A DNA stretch of 42,025 nt from Thermoanaerobaculia bacterium (GCA_046714475.1 JBKKAU010000146.1:1-42025), one strand, 5' to 3'; numbered from the stretch's first letter, positions 27,901 to 36,755 are shown. The notes: generated from the letters alone by a model not told the origin. Program-made: numbers and translations.

Positions 27901-28259
27901 TGCCCGAGGGGCGCTGGATCGTGGGCGAGAGCAACCCCCGCAAGGGCGAGGCGGTCGAGGTGCTGCCGGGCGACTCCGTCGGTCTCCTCGCCCGGTCGAT
28001 GCGCCGGGTCGTGACCAACGGCACGGCCTCCCATCTGTCGGGCATCGTGCCGGCGATCGCGGGCAAGACCGGCACGGCCGAGGTGCAGGGCAAGCCGTCC
28101 CACTCCTGGTTCATCGGCTTCGCGCCCTACGGCAGCCAGGGAGGGAAGAAGATCGCCTTCGCGGTGATCGTCGAGAACGGCGGCTACGGCGGCCGGGTGG
28201 CGGCAAAGGCGGCGGGGGAGATCGTCCAGAAGGCGGCGGAGCTGGGATTGATCCGATAG
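24906..28259 (+). CDS. RodA/FtsW (SEDS)-class B PBP fusion
   Basis: SEDS motifs FQPVE..K, QKDLG, PEAHTD, EELG and PFLSFG; transpeptidase motifs PPGSTFK, SCN, YGQG and KTGTAE. Confidence 0.93.
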   Translation: MTVTRSTPADRQRQQLRKPLASPIPGLPGPKARRGRETVLLLAALAVVLFGFFLVYRAATRSFGEVEEQRRTRQVLHLGELQQAEDLVPVLPPYSGPGERAFVAGKIWQRLAPGSDPVENVGELGRLRVSASEIEDDSRLETLRERLEAADGEGERSVRLLSAAQVRQVKPRLIVRGPDEFRSVFWRWAALFLAVFALVHLVWSLRGFRGDQLVLPAVLVLTGLGFMLMVSVRDPLRDMLLFRTFAQGVVLGCVLMLAASLVDWERSPLRRMTFAPLLAAVLLSVLLISFGSGPGGSDAKVNLFGFQPVEVIKILVVLFLAGYFVERWEFLRELTERRPGLASVSRWLRIPKLEYVLPPMIAIGVVLFFFFLQKDLGPALVLSVLFFLLYSVARGGRPVMAAAGLLLLVAAFFVGYQVGYPRTVTGRIGMWLSPWDNGFRGGEHVAHSLWALAGGSLSGMGLGLGDPGRVPEAHTDMILAAVGEELGFLGLLAVFALYALLVARGFRIAQRAGGVYGFFLALGLTLVIALPILLIGGGVVGLFPLSGVVSPFLSFGRSAMIANFFVLGMLLAISARPGDGKATQRFRGASKWVAIALAVPLAAIVARAAWVQVFQDDDVLTRGALTLQADGWRRFQYNPRLADIADTIPRGVIYDRNGLPLAASDPQDLEKHRAKYAALGVPLDKDIAEGRRHYPFDGRTFHLLGDLRNRVNWAASNTSYVERDSRIRLQGYDDYAAVVDVRQPDGTMSNLIRFDYHELIPLLRHRYRPEHPDVKRVLERDRNVRMTIDVRLQLAVEEILERYAREVGRGAGASAVVMDVEKGDLLASAGYPWPRRLPVEDLEDAESELIDRARYGIYPPGSTFKIVTAMAALRKDPAIAGRTFECKPLPDGRMGNRVRGWGRPVRDDPTVRSPHGTVNMEKGIGQSCNAYFAQLGTYEVGPEQLFETAKAMGISVARPDTPEQLKDALPQASYGQGQVTATPFQMARVAATVANGGAMPEGRWIVGESNPRKGEAVEVLPGDSVGLLARSMRRVVTNGTASHLSGIVPAIAGKTGTAEVQGKPSHSWFIGFAPYGSQGGKKIAFAVIVENGGYGGRVAAKAAGEIVQKAAELGLIR

Positions 28260-28270
28260 AGTGTAGCCCT

Positions 28271-29071
28271 ATGGACTCATTGGGTGACATCCTCAAGAAA
28301 CTGCGCCATTGGGTCCGACCCTGGGAGATGGGGACGGAGCCGATGGAAGTCCGGCGCGCGATCCTCGACGAGGTCGCCGGCAAGGTGGTCTCGGCCGGAG
28401 GCGGCAAGCGGATCTTCCCGTATAACCGCCTGCGTATCCGGCTGCTGGTGAGCGGCCCGGAGGAGCGCGACCAGCTCGACGCCATCGTGCGCGAGGGGTG
28501 GAACCTGGAAGAGGAGATCCGCGACCGGATCCACGATCAGGGGAGCGACGTCCCGCCCGGTTTTGGGGTCGAAGTCCAGATGTCCGATCAGGAACCGGGG
28601 CCCGAGTTCGGGGGACGGCGCTTCCACATCGCCTACGAGCGGGCCGAGGCCGTCACGGCCAAGGCGACCGCGGAAGCGGCGCGCCGGCCGGTGCTGGAGC
28701 TGACCGTGACCAAGGGCAAGGCCACCCAGCAGGTCTACATCCTCTCCTCCGAGCGCATCTACCTGGGACGCCTCGCGGAGGTCATTGACCAGGACGGCCG
28801 GGTCAAGCGGCGCAACGACGTGGCCTTTCTGGAAGAGGGCGAGATCAACCAGACGGTCTCGCGCGAGCAGGCCCGCATCGCCTGGGACGACTCGGCCCGG
28901 GGCTACTGGCTGCGCTCCGAGCCCGGCTCCTCCTCGACCCGCATCTTCCGTGACGGCCGCCCGATCGAGGTGAGCCGCCAGGACCGCCGCGGCGTCCGTC
29001 TCCAGCCCGGCGACGAGATCTACCTCGGCCGCGCCAGCCTCAAGGTCGGGATGCGTCCGCCGGAGGAGTGA
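28271..29071 (+). CDS. Second FhaA-like FHA-domain protein
   Basis: RIFPYNRLRIRL N-domain; IYLGR...NQTVSREQARI...LQPGDEIYLG. Confidence 0.88.
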   Translation: MDSLGDILKKLRHWVRPWEMGTEPMEVRRAILDEVAGKVVSAGGGKRIFPYNRLRIRLLVSGPEERDQLDAIVREGWNLEEEIRDRIHDQGSDVPPGFGVEVQMSDQEPGPEFGGRRFHIAYERAEAVTAKATAEAARRPVLELTVTKGKATQQVYILSSERIYLGRLAEVIDQDGRVKRRNDVAFLEEGEINQTVSREQARIAWDDSARGYWLRSEPGSSSTRIFRDGRPIEVSRQDRRGVRLQPGDEIYLGRASLKVGMRPPEE

Positions 29072-29095
29072 GGGCGCGATGAATCGCGCCCCTAC
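29071..29095 (-). repeat. GTAG-type REP palindrome
   Basis: Minus strand reads GTAG GGGCGCGAT TC ATCGCGCCC T, between convergent genes. Confidence 0.7.
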
Positions 29096-29121
29096 AGGTC
29101 AGCCCCCGTCATAAACCGGTC

Positions 29122-30171
29122 CTACTGGGGATACGCCTCGACGTGGACGTTGGCGTACTGCCAACCGTACGACGGGACCTCCGTGTCGACCACGTCGGGC
29201 GGGAAACCCAGGTCGACCAGGAACTTGGAGTTGGGCTTGACGCTGTAGCCCGTCCGGTTCGGCCGGCTGTTGAGGGTGGCCTTGACCTCTCCCGTCGCCA
29301 GGTCGGTGACCGTGACCTTGAAGGTGCCGCGCACCATGTCGTAGTCGTTTTCGACGTGGTAGGTGCGGCCGGTCCTGGCGGTGAACGGCTTGATGACCTT
29401 GATCTTCTGCGGGTGGGTGAGGCCGACGCCGTGGCGCGCGAACGCCTGGTTCTTGCCGGGGCCGCGGAAGTAGAGGAGGCCGGGCATGTCGAAGTTCCGG
29501 TTGACGACGAACCAGTAGATCAGGTGCTTGCCGTTCGGCTCCTCGGGGAACCAGTCGCCGACCGTGACGTCGAGCGAGAGGCGGAACCGCTTCATGGCGC
29601 CGGCGGGGGCGGGGAAGTCCACGCGTCCAACCGGCTCTCCCCGCGATGGGACGTGCACGAGGCCGGGCGCGTCGAAGCAGACCGCGCCGGCCGGGCAGGC
29701 TTTGGTCTCCGCCGGCACCGCGAGGGCGATCTCCGTATCCTCGGGGGTGACCAGGTCGGTCAGGCCGGTGTCGTTGTCGGCCAGTTGGGCGTAGGCATAG
29801 AAGTCACCGCCGCAGGAGACCGCCGCCCTGGCGCCGATAGCGCCGCTGGCGCCGTGGGACTCGACCAGACGCTCGAACACGTTGGTGAAGGGGAGGCTCT
29901 CCCCAGCCCGCAGCGTCAGCGTCATCACGGGTCCGAGGCTGTCGCCGTCGTCGGTCGTCAGTGCGACCGTGCAGCGGTTCCCGGCGGCGGCCAGGTTGAC
30001 CAGGATCAGGTCGGTCGCGGTCGTCTCCGAGACGATCAGGCCGTGGAGGGCCACGGTCCGGCCGCCCTGGAACGAGACCTCCGGGGTGAGCGCCGGCAAC
30101 TCGGCGGCGTAGGTCATGCCAGCGCCGCAGAGCGCGGCGGCGAGCAGGCAGTAAACGACTGTTTTCGACAT
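29122..30171 (-). CDS. Secreted two-domain hypothetical protein
   Basis: GGAGG RBS, signal peptide, N-domain TDLILVNL...FYAYAQLADNDTG and a beta-rich C-domain. Confidence 0.8.
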   Translation of the reverse strand: MSKTVVYCLLAAALCGAGMTYAAELPALTPEVSFQGGRTVALHGLIVSETTATDLILVNLAAAGNRCTVALTTDDGDSLGPVMTLTLRAGESLPFTNVFERLVESHGASGAIGARAAVSCGGDFYAYAQLADNDTGLTDLVTPEDTEIALAVPAETKACPAGAVCFDAPGLVHVPSRGEPVGRVDFPAPAGAMKRFRLSLDVTVGDWFPEEPNGKHLIYWFVVNRNFDMPGLLYFRGPGKNQAFARHGVGLTHPQKIKVIKPFTARTGRTYHVENDYDMVRGTFKVTVTDLATGEVKATLNSRPNRTGYSVKPNSKFLVDLGFPPDVVDTEVPSYGWQYANVHVEAYPQ

Positions 30172-30272
30172 CCCCCATCTCCTCCCGAAGCAGGTTGTGT
30201 GTTGGAGAGAGGGGGATTCTACCTGTGGCGGAGGGACATGTCCATTGAACGCCGTCACTGCTCTTCGCGAGC

Positions 30273-30674
30273 TTACTCCAACGTCGAGAAGCCCTGCTGA
30301 CGCGCAAGGGCTCGATCGAAGGTGAAGGTCGTCCGCGCACCCCGCGCTTCGGACTTCGCGCCGATCAGGAAATCGGAGAAGTCTGCTTTGCCTTGCTGGT
30401 ATGCGTCGAGAGCTTTTCTGACAATGGCCGGGTCTTCGAACGAGAACAGGCTCTGCCGGGCAAGGAGGTTCTCGAGAGCGGCAAGGATCTCAGCCCGGGG
30501 AACACGGTAGAACCGGTCGAGGACCCACTCGGTCTCGCAGAGCACCGGATCACTGATAAAGCAGAGCTCTCCCTCCTCGGCAGCCTCGCGCAGCAACCGC
30601 TCCGCCAAGGGTGTCTGCTTGGGGTCATCCGCGACCAGCACTCGGATGAGGACGTTCGTGTCCAGTGCGATCAT
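30273..30674 (-). CDS. vapC: VapC PIN-domain toxin
   Basis: MIALDTNVLIR, VLCETEWVL, ADFSDFLIG and TFTFDRAL. Confidence 0.92.
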   Translation of the reverse strand: MIALDTNVLIRVLVADDPKQTPLAERLLREAAEEGELCFISDPVLCETEWVLDRFYRVPRAEILAALENLLARQSLFSFEDPAIVRKALDAYQQGKADFSDFLIGAKSEARGARTTFTFDRALARQQGFSTLE

Positions 30675-30937
30675 TGCCTCCTCCTGCCGTACTTCTCCGC
30701 CGCCTTGGCCCGGATAGCCTCATCCATCTGCTCCACAGTCGCGGGCCGCTCCTTGGCCCGGTGCCGCAAGAGGCCTACGAGATTCCCCAGAGGATCGCGC
30801 TCCGCGGATTGAAGGATCACCCGGCCCTGCTCGTCGAACTGGAACACGATCCGGTCCCCTTCCCGCAGCCCCAACCGGTCCCGGACATCCTTGGGAATGG
30901 TGATCTGCCCCTTCGAGGTCAATGTGCTGGCTGACAT
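30671..30937 (-). CDS. AbrB/MazE-type antitoxin
   Basis: STLTSKGQITIPKDVRDRLGLREGDRIVF; 4-nt overlap with the toxin. Confidence 0.92.
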   Translation of the reverse strand: MSASTLTSKGQITIPKDVRDRLGLREGDRIVFQFDEQGRVILQSAERDPLGNLVGLLRHRAKERPATVEQMDEAIRAKAAEKYGRRRQ

Positions 30938-30943
30938 GGCGCC

Positions 30944-30982
30944 TCCTTACTCAGGGGCAGTATACACGTTGGCAGGTAAGGA
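30944..30982 (-). promoter_or_regulatory. Toxin-antitoxin promoter/operator
   Basis: TCCTTAC...GTAAGGA inverted repeat flanking a minus-strand TATACT -10 box. Confidence 0.6.
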
Positions 30983-30989
30983 ATCGCGT

Positions 30990-32537
30990 CTACCGAACGA
31001 CGGCGCTCGCGAGATCGATCACCAACTCGCGATCGGCCGTCAGGTCGACCTCTTGTTCATAAAGGATCTTTTCTCTTTCCTTCACCCGCAGCAGGTAACG
31101 TCCCTCCCGGAGCTTCTCGAAGCGGAAGGTCCCGAACCGGGCACCCGACCCGAGGGTCATGCCGTCGGACGGGTCCAGGCTCGATATCTCGGACTGGAGG
31201 CCGCCAGCAGGCTTACCTCCGCGGAACAGGCGGCCCGAGAGGGTCCTCTGCCCGAAGGCGAAGTCGAGGTCGAGAGTCGTTTCCTTCATATCCGGAAAGA
31301 CTTCGATCCGGCCTTTTGCGGCGCGTCCCATGACACGGGTCGAGACCTCCCATTCCCCGGGCGGCAGGTAGATGAAGAAACCGCTTGAGGAGGACACTCC
31401 ATACAGCGTCTGAAAATACTTGTTCCGCGCTTTCACGCGGCTGGGCCACAGACCCGGCTCTATCCCGAGAAATCGCCCATTGATCATGATCTTGTCCGCG
31501 AATCCAAGCTCGCTCCCATCCACCCCCGAGATCTCCCCGTGAGCTGCCCGGATCTCCACCGCGGACGCAACTGCCGGCGGCAGACCGGAGATGCGGCCTG
31601 TCATGGCGGCGGTGCCGTCCTGTTCCTCGACTCTCTTGCCCAGCGGCAGATTGACCAGGTTGTCTCCCGGGTCGAGCAAGACCTCTACGAGGTTGGGCTC
31701 ATGTCCTTCATGGCTGACCTGGAGCCGCTGCCAGCCTGGCATGACACAGCGGAACTGGTAGAGACCGTCCACTCCGGTTTCGGCTTTGTCGTCGTCGCCG
31801 GGAGTGCACTCCTGCGCGGAAATCTCAATGGATGCATCGGAAACAGGGAGCCCCTCAGAGTCCATGACGCGGCCGGTGACCGCGGCTCCGGGTGCCAGAA
31901 CGATGTCCAAAGTACTCTCCTGACCGGTGACTGCCTCGCGTCGGTCGCTGGCGGGCGTATAGCCCTGGGCGTAGGCGTCGATCTCTTTCCAGCCAGAGGG
32001 CAGATGATTGAATCGAAAGAAACCCTTGAAGTCGGTATGGACCTCCCAAACGCCACAAGGTGAAGGTGGCGGGTAGGGAGGTGCCGAGACCCCACAGAAA
32101 CCGCTTGCCAGGTGGAATGTCGCCGTCACCGTCACTCGCGCGCCTGGGATCGGCCTGCCGGCAGGGTCTACGACCCTGCCGGAGATCCTGGCGCTGGGCT
32201 TGAGCTGGATCCGGTGCGGCTTTTCTTCAGAGGCGTCCGCTCGGATCTCCCCGGGCAGATAGCCGGCGAGGCAGACCGTGAGAGAGGACTTCTCTGAGCC
32301 CGTGACCGAAAAGCCGCCGTCTTCGCCGGTCACTGTCATCCGCTTCCACTCCCATGCAGCGTTTGCAGGCTTCTCCTTGGGCAACAGCCAGACCTCGGCC
32401 CCCGCGAGGGGCCGGTCCTCCGTGTCCGTGACGCGGCCCTTCAAGGCCGTAGACGTCTTGCTCTGTGCCGCGATGGAGGAGCACAGGGGTATTGTCAGAA
32501 GAAACAGCGCGAGGGCGGAAGACCGGTTTCGGGTCAC
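30990..32537 (-). CDS. Secreted carboxypeptidase-regulatory-like (transthyretin-fold repeat) protein
   Basis: Signal peptide and repeated GRVxDxxGxP(I/L/V)xGA modules. Confidence 0.82.
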   Translation of the reverse strand: MTRNRSSALALFLLTIPLCSSIAAQSKTSTALKGRVTDTEDRPLAGAEVWLLPKEKPANAAWEWKRMTVTGEDGGFSVTGSEKSSLTVCLAGYLPGEIRADASEEKPHRIQLKPSARISGRVVDPAGRPIPGARVTVTATFHLASGFCGVSAPPYPPPSPCGVWEVHTDFKGFFRFNHLPSGWKEIDAYAQGYTPASDRREAVTGQESTLDIVLAPGAAVTGRVMDSEGLPVSDASIEISAQECTPGDDDKAETGVDGLYQFRCVMPGWQRLQVSHEGHEPNLVEVLLDPGDNLVNLPLGKRVEEQDGTAAMTGRISGLPPAVASAVEIRAAHGEISGVDGSELGFADKIMINGRFLGIEPGLWPSRVKARNKYFQTLYGVSSSSGFFIYLPPGEWEVSTRVMGRAAKGRIEVFPDMKETTLDLDFAFGQRTLSGRLFRGGKPAGGLQSEISSLDPSDGMTLGSGARFGTFRFEKLREGRYLLRVKEREKILYEQEVDLTADRELVIDLASAVVR

Positions 32538-34749
32538 GGAGACCTCCTCTCGACGGTTTTTAGATCGATGTCGGTATTAGAAAGATCGATCATCACGTCG
32601 CGATCGGCGGAGAGCTCGATGTCCTGTTCGTGGAGCACGTTCTCGCCCGTCGCTGAATCCGCGTACACCCGCAATCGGTAGTTGCCTTCACGAAGCTCTG
32701 TGAAACGGAAGATCCCGTACTCTCTTGCGCCGGGTTGGTAGGAGATCTCGGGACTTTCCTGCAGAAGCTCGACGTGCATGAATTCCACTGCCGGACCCCC
32801 GCCGGCCAAGCGGCCGGACAAGGTCAACTCTCCGAAGGCGGGATCGAGGTCGAGCGTCGCCAGGGTCTCGCCGGGTGGGATGGTGACCTTGCCCGTGACA
32901 ACCCGATCCTCCAGGTGTGCCTGGACCTGCCAATCGCCGGGATTCAGCCCTTCGATCACATAGGAATCATGAGCGGGAAGAATCTGCCCGTAGATCTCTT
33001 GGGGTGGAAGCTCTTCGCAGAGATAGACAGAGAGGACTGTTCTGGAGGCAGCCCCAGGATCCGGCCTTGGAGCCGAGCCCCTGGGACGAGGCGGATCTCG
33101 ACCCCGTCCAGCGGCGCGTCGGCTATGACCACCGGCCCTCCGGTATGAATAAGATCGTCGTGCTTGACCTGGTACGCCCCGTTCTCCAACTCCACCGTGA
33201 ACGAGCCGTCTTGAGACACCGACGCGGACACCTCCGAGTTTTCGCTCTGAAACAAGAGGTCTTTCAAGGACGCTTTGGCGTCGGGCATTGACACAACCCG
33301 GCCGCGGATTTCGAAAACTGGAGGAAACGTGAGGTCGAGCCCTATTTCTATTTCTTCCGGCTCCACGATCACCCTCTCCGTCAAGGTCCGTTCGCCGCTC
33401 CGCGCCTTCACGTCCCAGGTCCCCGGGAGGAGTCCGGGAATCTCATAACGCCCGTCGGCATCCACCTTCCCGGATCTGGGTTGACGACCGTCGTGGGCAG
33501 CAGGCTCGGCGTAGATTTCTACTCCCGTTCCTGGGGACGGGATGCCCAGGATCTTCCCGGTCAGGCGAGCGCCCCGCCCCAGGCGGATCTCTATGTTTTC
33601 GATCCGGTCTCCGGGTCTGGAGGCGGGAAGGGTCGCCTTGCCATCGGCGTAACCGCCCTCCGCCGAAGCCCAGATCTCGATGGGGCTTCCGGCGTCAACC
33701 CAGCCGGTAAAGGAGCCGTCAGCGGGGTCTGCCGCCAAGGTCCAGGCAAACCGGTCGCGAGGCGAGTGTATGTGCGCTTCCTCTACGGGCGAGCCGTCGG
33801 ACGTCACGATGCGGCCACGGACCTCCACCCGTTTCCGCAAGGTCCAATCGTGCGAGTTGTCCCCCGGCGCGAGCCGGACGTCCGTGAAGATCGTGCTGTG
33901 CTCCGGGTGCATGATCTCCACCCTCTGGAGCCCGGGTGCGACGCAGCGCAAGGAGTAGGAGCCGTCCTCCGCGGAATGGACGGGTTGTTCGGTGAATGGA
34001 GAGCACTCTCCGGACGTGGAGATCTCGGCTCCTGGTATGGGCAGTCCCTCGGAGTCGAGGACGCGGCCCGCCAGGCGAGTCGCCGGCTCGAGGACAATCG
34101 TCCCTCCGGCCGTCTTTTTTCCAGGGCGCGCTTCCAGCCACCCGGACCAGCCGGGGGTGTAGCCCTCCGCGAAAGCCCCCAGGTCGTACCACCCAGAGGC
34201 TAGAGAAGTGACCGCGAAGGAACCTTCAGAGTCCGAAACGGCCGAAGAACCACAAGGAGGCGCAGGCTCACCGGAAGAGCAGCCGAGCGGCAGCGGTTTG
34301 TGGCGTCGAACGTTCGTCCGCACCCGGGCGCCTGCGACCGGCCTGCCCTTGGAGTCGACCACCCGGCCTGAGATCTTGCCGCCGGGTCGCAGCACGACCT
34401 TCACCGGGGAGACGGTCCGGGTGTCGAGGTCCAACGATTCCGGGATGTAGTCCGGATGGCAGATCCAGAGATCGGGCCATGCCTTGGAGCTCTGAAACGA
34501 GAACTGTCCCGCTGGCCCGGTGACCGCCTTTTTCTCCCTAGGAGAGCTGGCCGGGTCGGCCGAGGTCAGATCCCAGACCTCGGCTCCTACGACTGGCCGG
34601 CCTTGGGAGTCGGCGATGCTGCCCTGGATCTGCCGGACCGTGACAGCGCCGGGGCTCTGGGCAGGGGACGGGGTCTCCGATTGCGCGCGGGAATGTACAG
34701 AGACCGCGAGGAGAAGAACGAAGACTACGACCTGCCAACCTCGTGACAT
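32534..34749 (-). pseudogene. Paralogous carboxypeptidase-regulatory-like protein split by a frameshift near 33000
   Basis: ORFs 32956-34749 and 32534-32959 join in an alternative frame reading QEIYGQILPAHDSYVIEGLNPGDW. The C-terminal piece mirrors the downstream paralog's C-terminus. Confidence 0.75.
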
Positions 34750-35031
34750 CGCCAGCCTCCAGGAGCCCCGGCGGGCTCGACGGAGACCGGCTAGAGCAAC
34801 AGTGATGCCGGAGTTATAGGAAGGCGAAAACCCTTTGGCTATCGAGGATTTCGTTGCGCGGGGGGAGAAAGGAGTGTCCCAAGGGACGGACCGGACGTCC
34901 TATCCAGAGGACGCTGAAAGCTGCAACGCAAGGCCTCAAGCCGCGTGCTGCCAGCGTTCGACGAGGGCTTCGATCAGCGCCCGCGGCTCTTCGGCGGATC
35001 GACCGCTTGCCGCCGATGTATAGTCTGGATC

Positions 35032-35535
35032 ATGGAGGAGGCCCAGCCGGGAATCGACTTCGAGGAGACCAAACGGATTCTCGCGGCCTTGGAGCGTGAG
35101 AACGTCCGGTACGTTCTCATCGGCGCCATGGCCATGGCGGCACAGGGGCTGGTCCGCGCCACACACGACCTTGACTTCTTCGTGGCACCGGAAGCCGAGA
35201 ACGTGGACCGTCTGAAGAAGGCCTTCAAGAGCCTCTTCGACAACGATCCGAACGTCGACGAGATCTCGGCGGAAGACTTGGCGGGCGACTATCCTGCCAT
35301 CGAATACACGCCCCCCCACGGCCGATACTCGGTGGACATCCTCTCCCGGCTGGGGGAAGCGTTCAGCTATCCGGACGTCGAGTCCGGGTCGGAGATCCTG
35401 ACAATCACTGAAGGAAGCCAGATCTCCGTCGCGACCCCTCGCATGTTGTATCGAATGAAACGAGACACCGTCCGTCCCCAGGACAGGTTGGACGCTGAGG
35501 TGATCAAAAGGGAGTTCAAGCTTGAGGAGGACTGA
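35032..35535 (+). CDS. Pol-beta-type nucleotidyltransferase (AbiEii/DUF6036-like)
   Basis: YVLIGAMAMAAQG..RAT.DLDF and MK..TVRPQDRLD. Confidence 0.85.
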   Translation: MEEAQPGIDFEETKRILAALERENVRYVLIGAMAMAAQGLVRATHDLDFFVAPEAENVDRLKKAFKSLFDNDPNVDEISAEDLAGDYPAIEYTPPHGRYSVDILSRLGEAFSYPDVESGSEILTITEGSQISVATPRMLYRMKRDTVRPQDRLDAEVIKREFKLEED

Positions 35536-35771
35536 TGCCGGTCCGTAAGTTTCGCTCGGTCGCCGACATGCCCGGTGTCAAGAAGCGCACCCCTCTCGAT
35601 CCGGATAACCTCCGGCTCGCCTGCGAGCTGACGCAGCTTGCCTACTGGCTTCACCCGATGAAGCACGTTCCGGGTGTCCGGAAGTACCGGTCGCTCGAGG
35701 AAGCGTGGGAGGCGCGCAAGGAATGGGTGCGGAGCCAACTTCGCCGGCCTGCCCGGCGGGTGGCGAACTGA
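35535..35771 (+). CDS. Small partner protein of the nucleotidyltransferase
   Basis: TGATG coupling, GAGGAGG RBS and an internal repeat VRKFRSVADM / VRKYRSLEEA. Confidence 0.75.
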   Translation: MPVRKFRSVADMPGVKKRTPLDPDNLRLACELTQLAYWLHPMKHVPGVRKYRSLEEAWEARKEWVRSQLRRPARRVAN

Positions 35772-35901
35772 CGGCCCGCGATCGCTGGGCAGCTCGATCA
35801 GAATCCCAGCCGCGCTCCCGGCCAGGCTGGTGATCCCGTTCGCCTGGGCGATGTCGTCTGCCGTAGCAGGAATGGGGTGCAGCGTCCCGTCTGAGGACGC
35901 C

Positions 35902-36252
35902 TCAGGCCGCGTGCTGCGAGCGCTCGACGATGGCCTCGATCAGCGCCCGGTCGGAGGGAGCGATGCGCAGGAACTCGACGCCGACCTCGTACTCTTTGGG
36001 GCCTCTCTGGATCTCGTAGACCACCCGGCTGTCGGTCTTGACCACCTTGGACCGGCAGGAAATGGACAGCTCCATCAGCGTGGAGAACCCGAGGGACTCT
36101 CTGCTGACGAACATGCATCCCCCGGCGCCCAGCACCTTGGTCTTGGCGAGATCCTCGTAGGGTTTCCCCTCACCGAGGAGCCGGACCAGGGCCGGGCTCT
36201 CATAGGAGATACGGGGAAATCGGCGGCCACCCTTCCGCGCCGGTGTCTCCAT
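35902..36252 (-). CDS. Stand-alone PilZ-domain protein
   Basis: RRFPR, then KVLGAGGCMF, SRVVY and YEVGVEF; GGAGG RBS. Confidence 0.85.
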   Translation of the reverse strand: METPARKGGRRFPRISYESPALVRLLGEGKPYEDLAKTKVLGAGGCMFVSRESLGFSTLMELSISCRSKVVKTDSRVVYEIQRGPKEYEVGVEFLRIAPSDRALIEAIVERSQHAA

Positions 36253-36418
36253 ACGGCCTCCGTGACTTGATGGATACGTCGTCCCGCAGTTTAGAAGAAG
36301 ACGGCTGAAAGAGCAATGTCTTCGGGGACCCAGGACGGTGAAATGGATGCGTCCTCCCGGTCACCTCCTCTTCAGAAGGTGCCGAAATACGCGCGTGCGC
36401 CTTCGGGAGGACGCTACC

Positions 36419-36742
36419 GTGGAACACCCGATTTCAGAGGCCAACCTGAGGAGCTTCCTGGCGGGCACCGCTTCGAGGGAAGAGATCCGAGACCTCGTCG
36501 CCCATCTCCTCAAGGGCTGCCCCTCCTGCTCCGAGAAGCTGCGGACTATCGCCCGGGAGGAGATCCCGGGTGATGCTTACGAAAACATCCTGGACCGGAT
36601 GGAGAAGAATCTCGCCGCGACGTTGGAGATGCCGGTCGCGGTGGATTGGCACCCGTCGCGCCGCACTCCGAGGGGAGGTGTGCGCCGGCCTCTCGGCAGC
36701 TCGAGGCGGGATCCTCCCAGGGGGATTGAGGCGAGGGCGTAG
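36419..36742 (+). CDS. Stand-alone zinc-finger domain homologous to the N-terminus of the TPR protein at 11389-12762
   Basis: GGGAGG RBS before GTG 36419; EHPISEANLRSFLAGTASREEIRDLVAHLLKGCPSC...DAYENIL. Confidence 0.72.
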   Translation: MEHPISEANLRSFLAGTASREEIRDLVAHLLKGCPSCSEKLRTIAREEIPGDAYENILDRMEKNLAATLEMPVAVDWHPSRRTPRGGVRRPLGSSRRDPPRGIEARA

Positions 36743-36755
36743 GGGGAGAGGAACG

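Noticed and set aside
27401-28270. N-terminal extension of the second FHA protein
   Set aside because: It overlaps the PBP gene in another frame and has an Arg/Gly-rich shadow composition.
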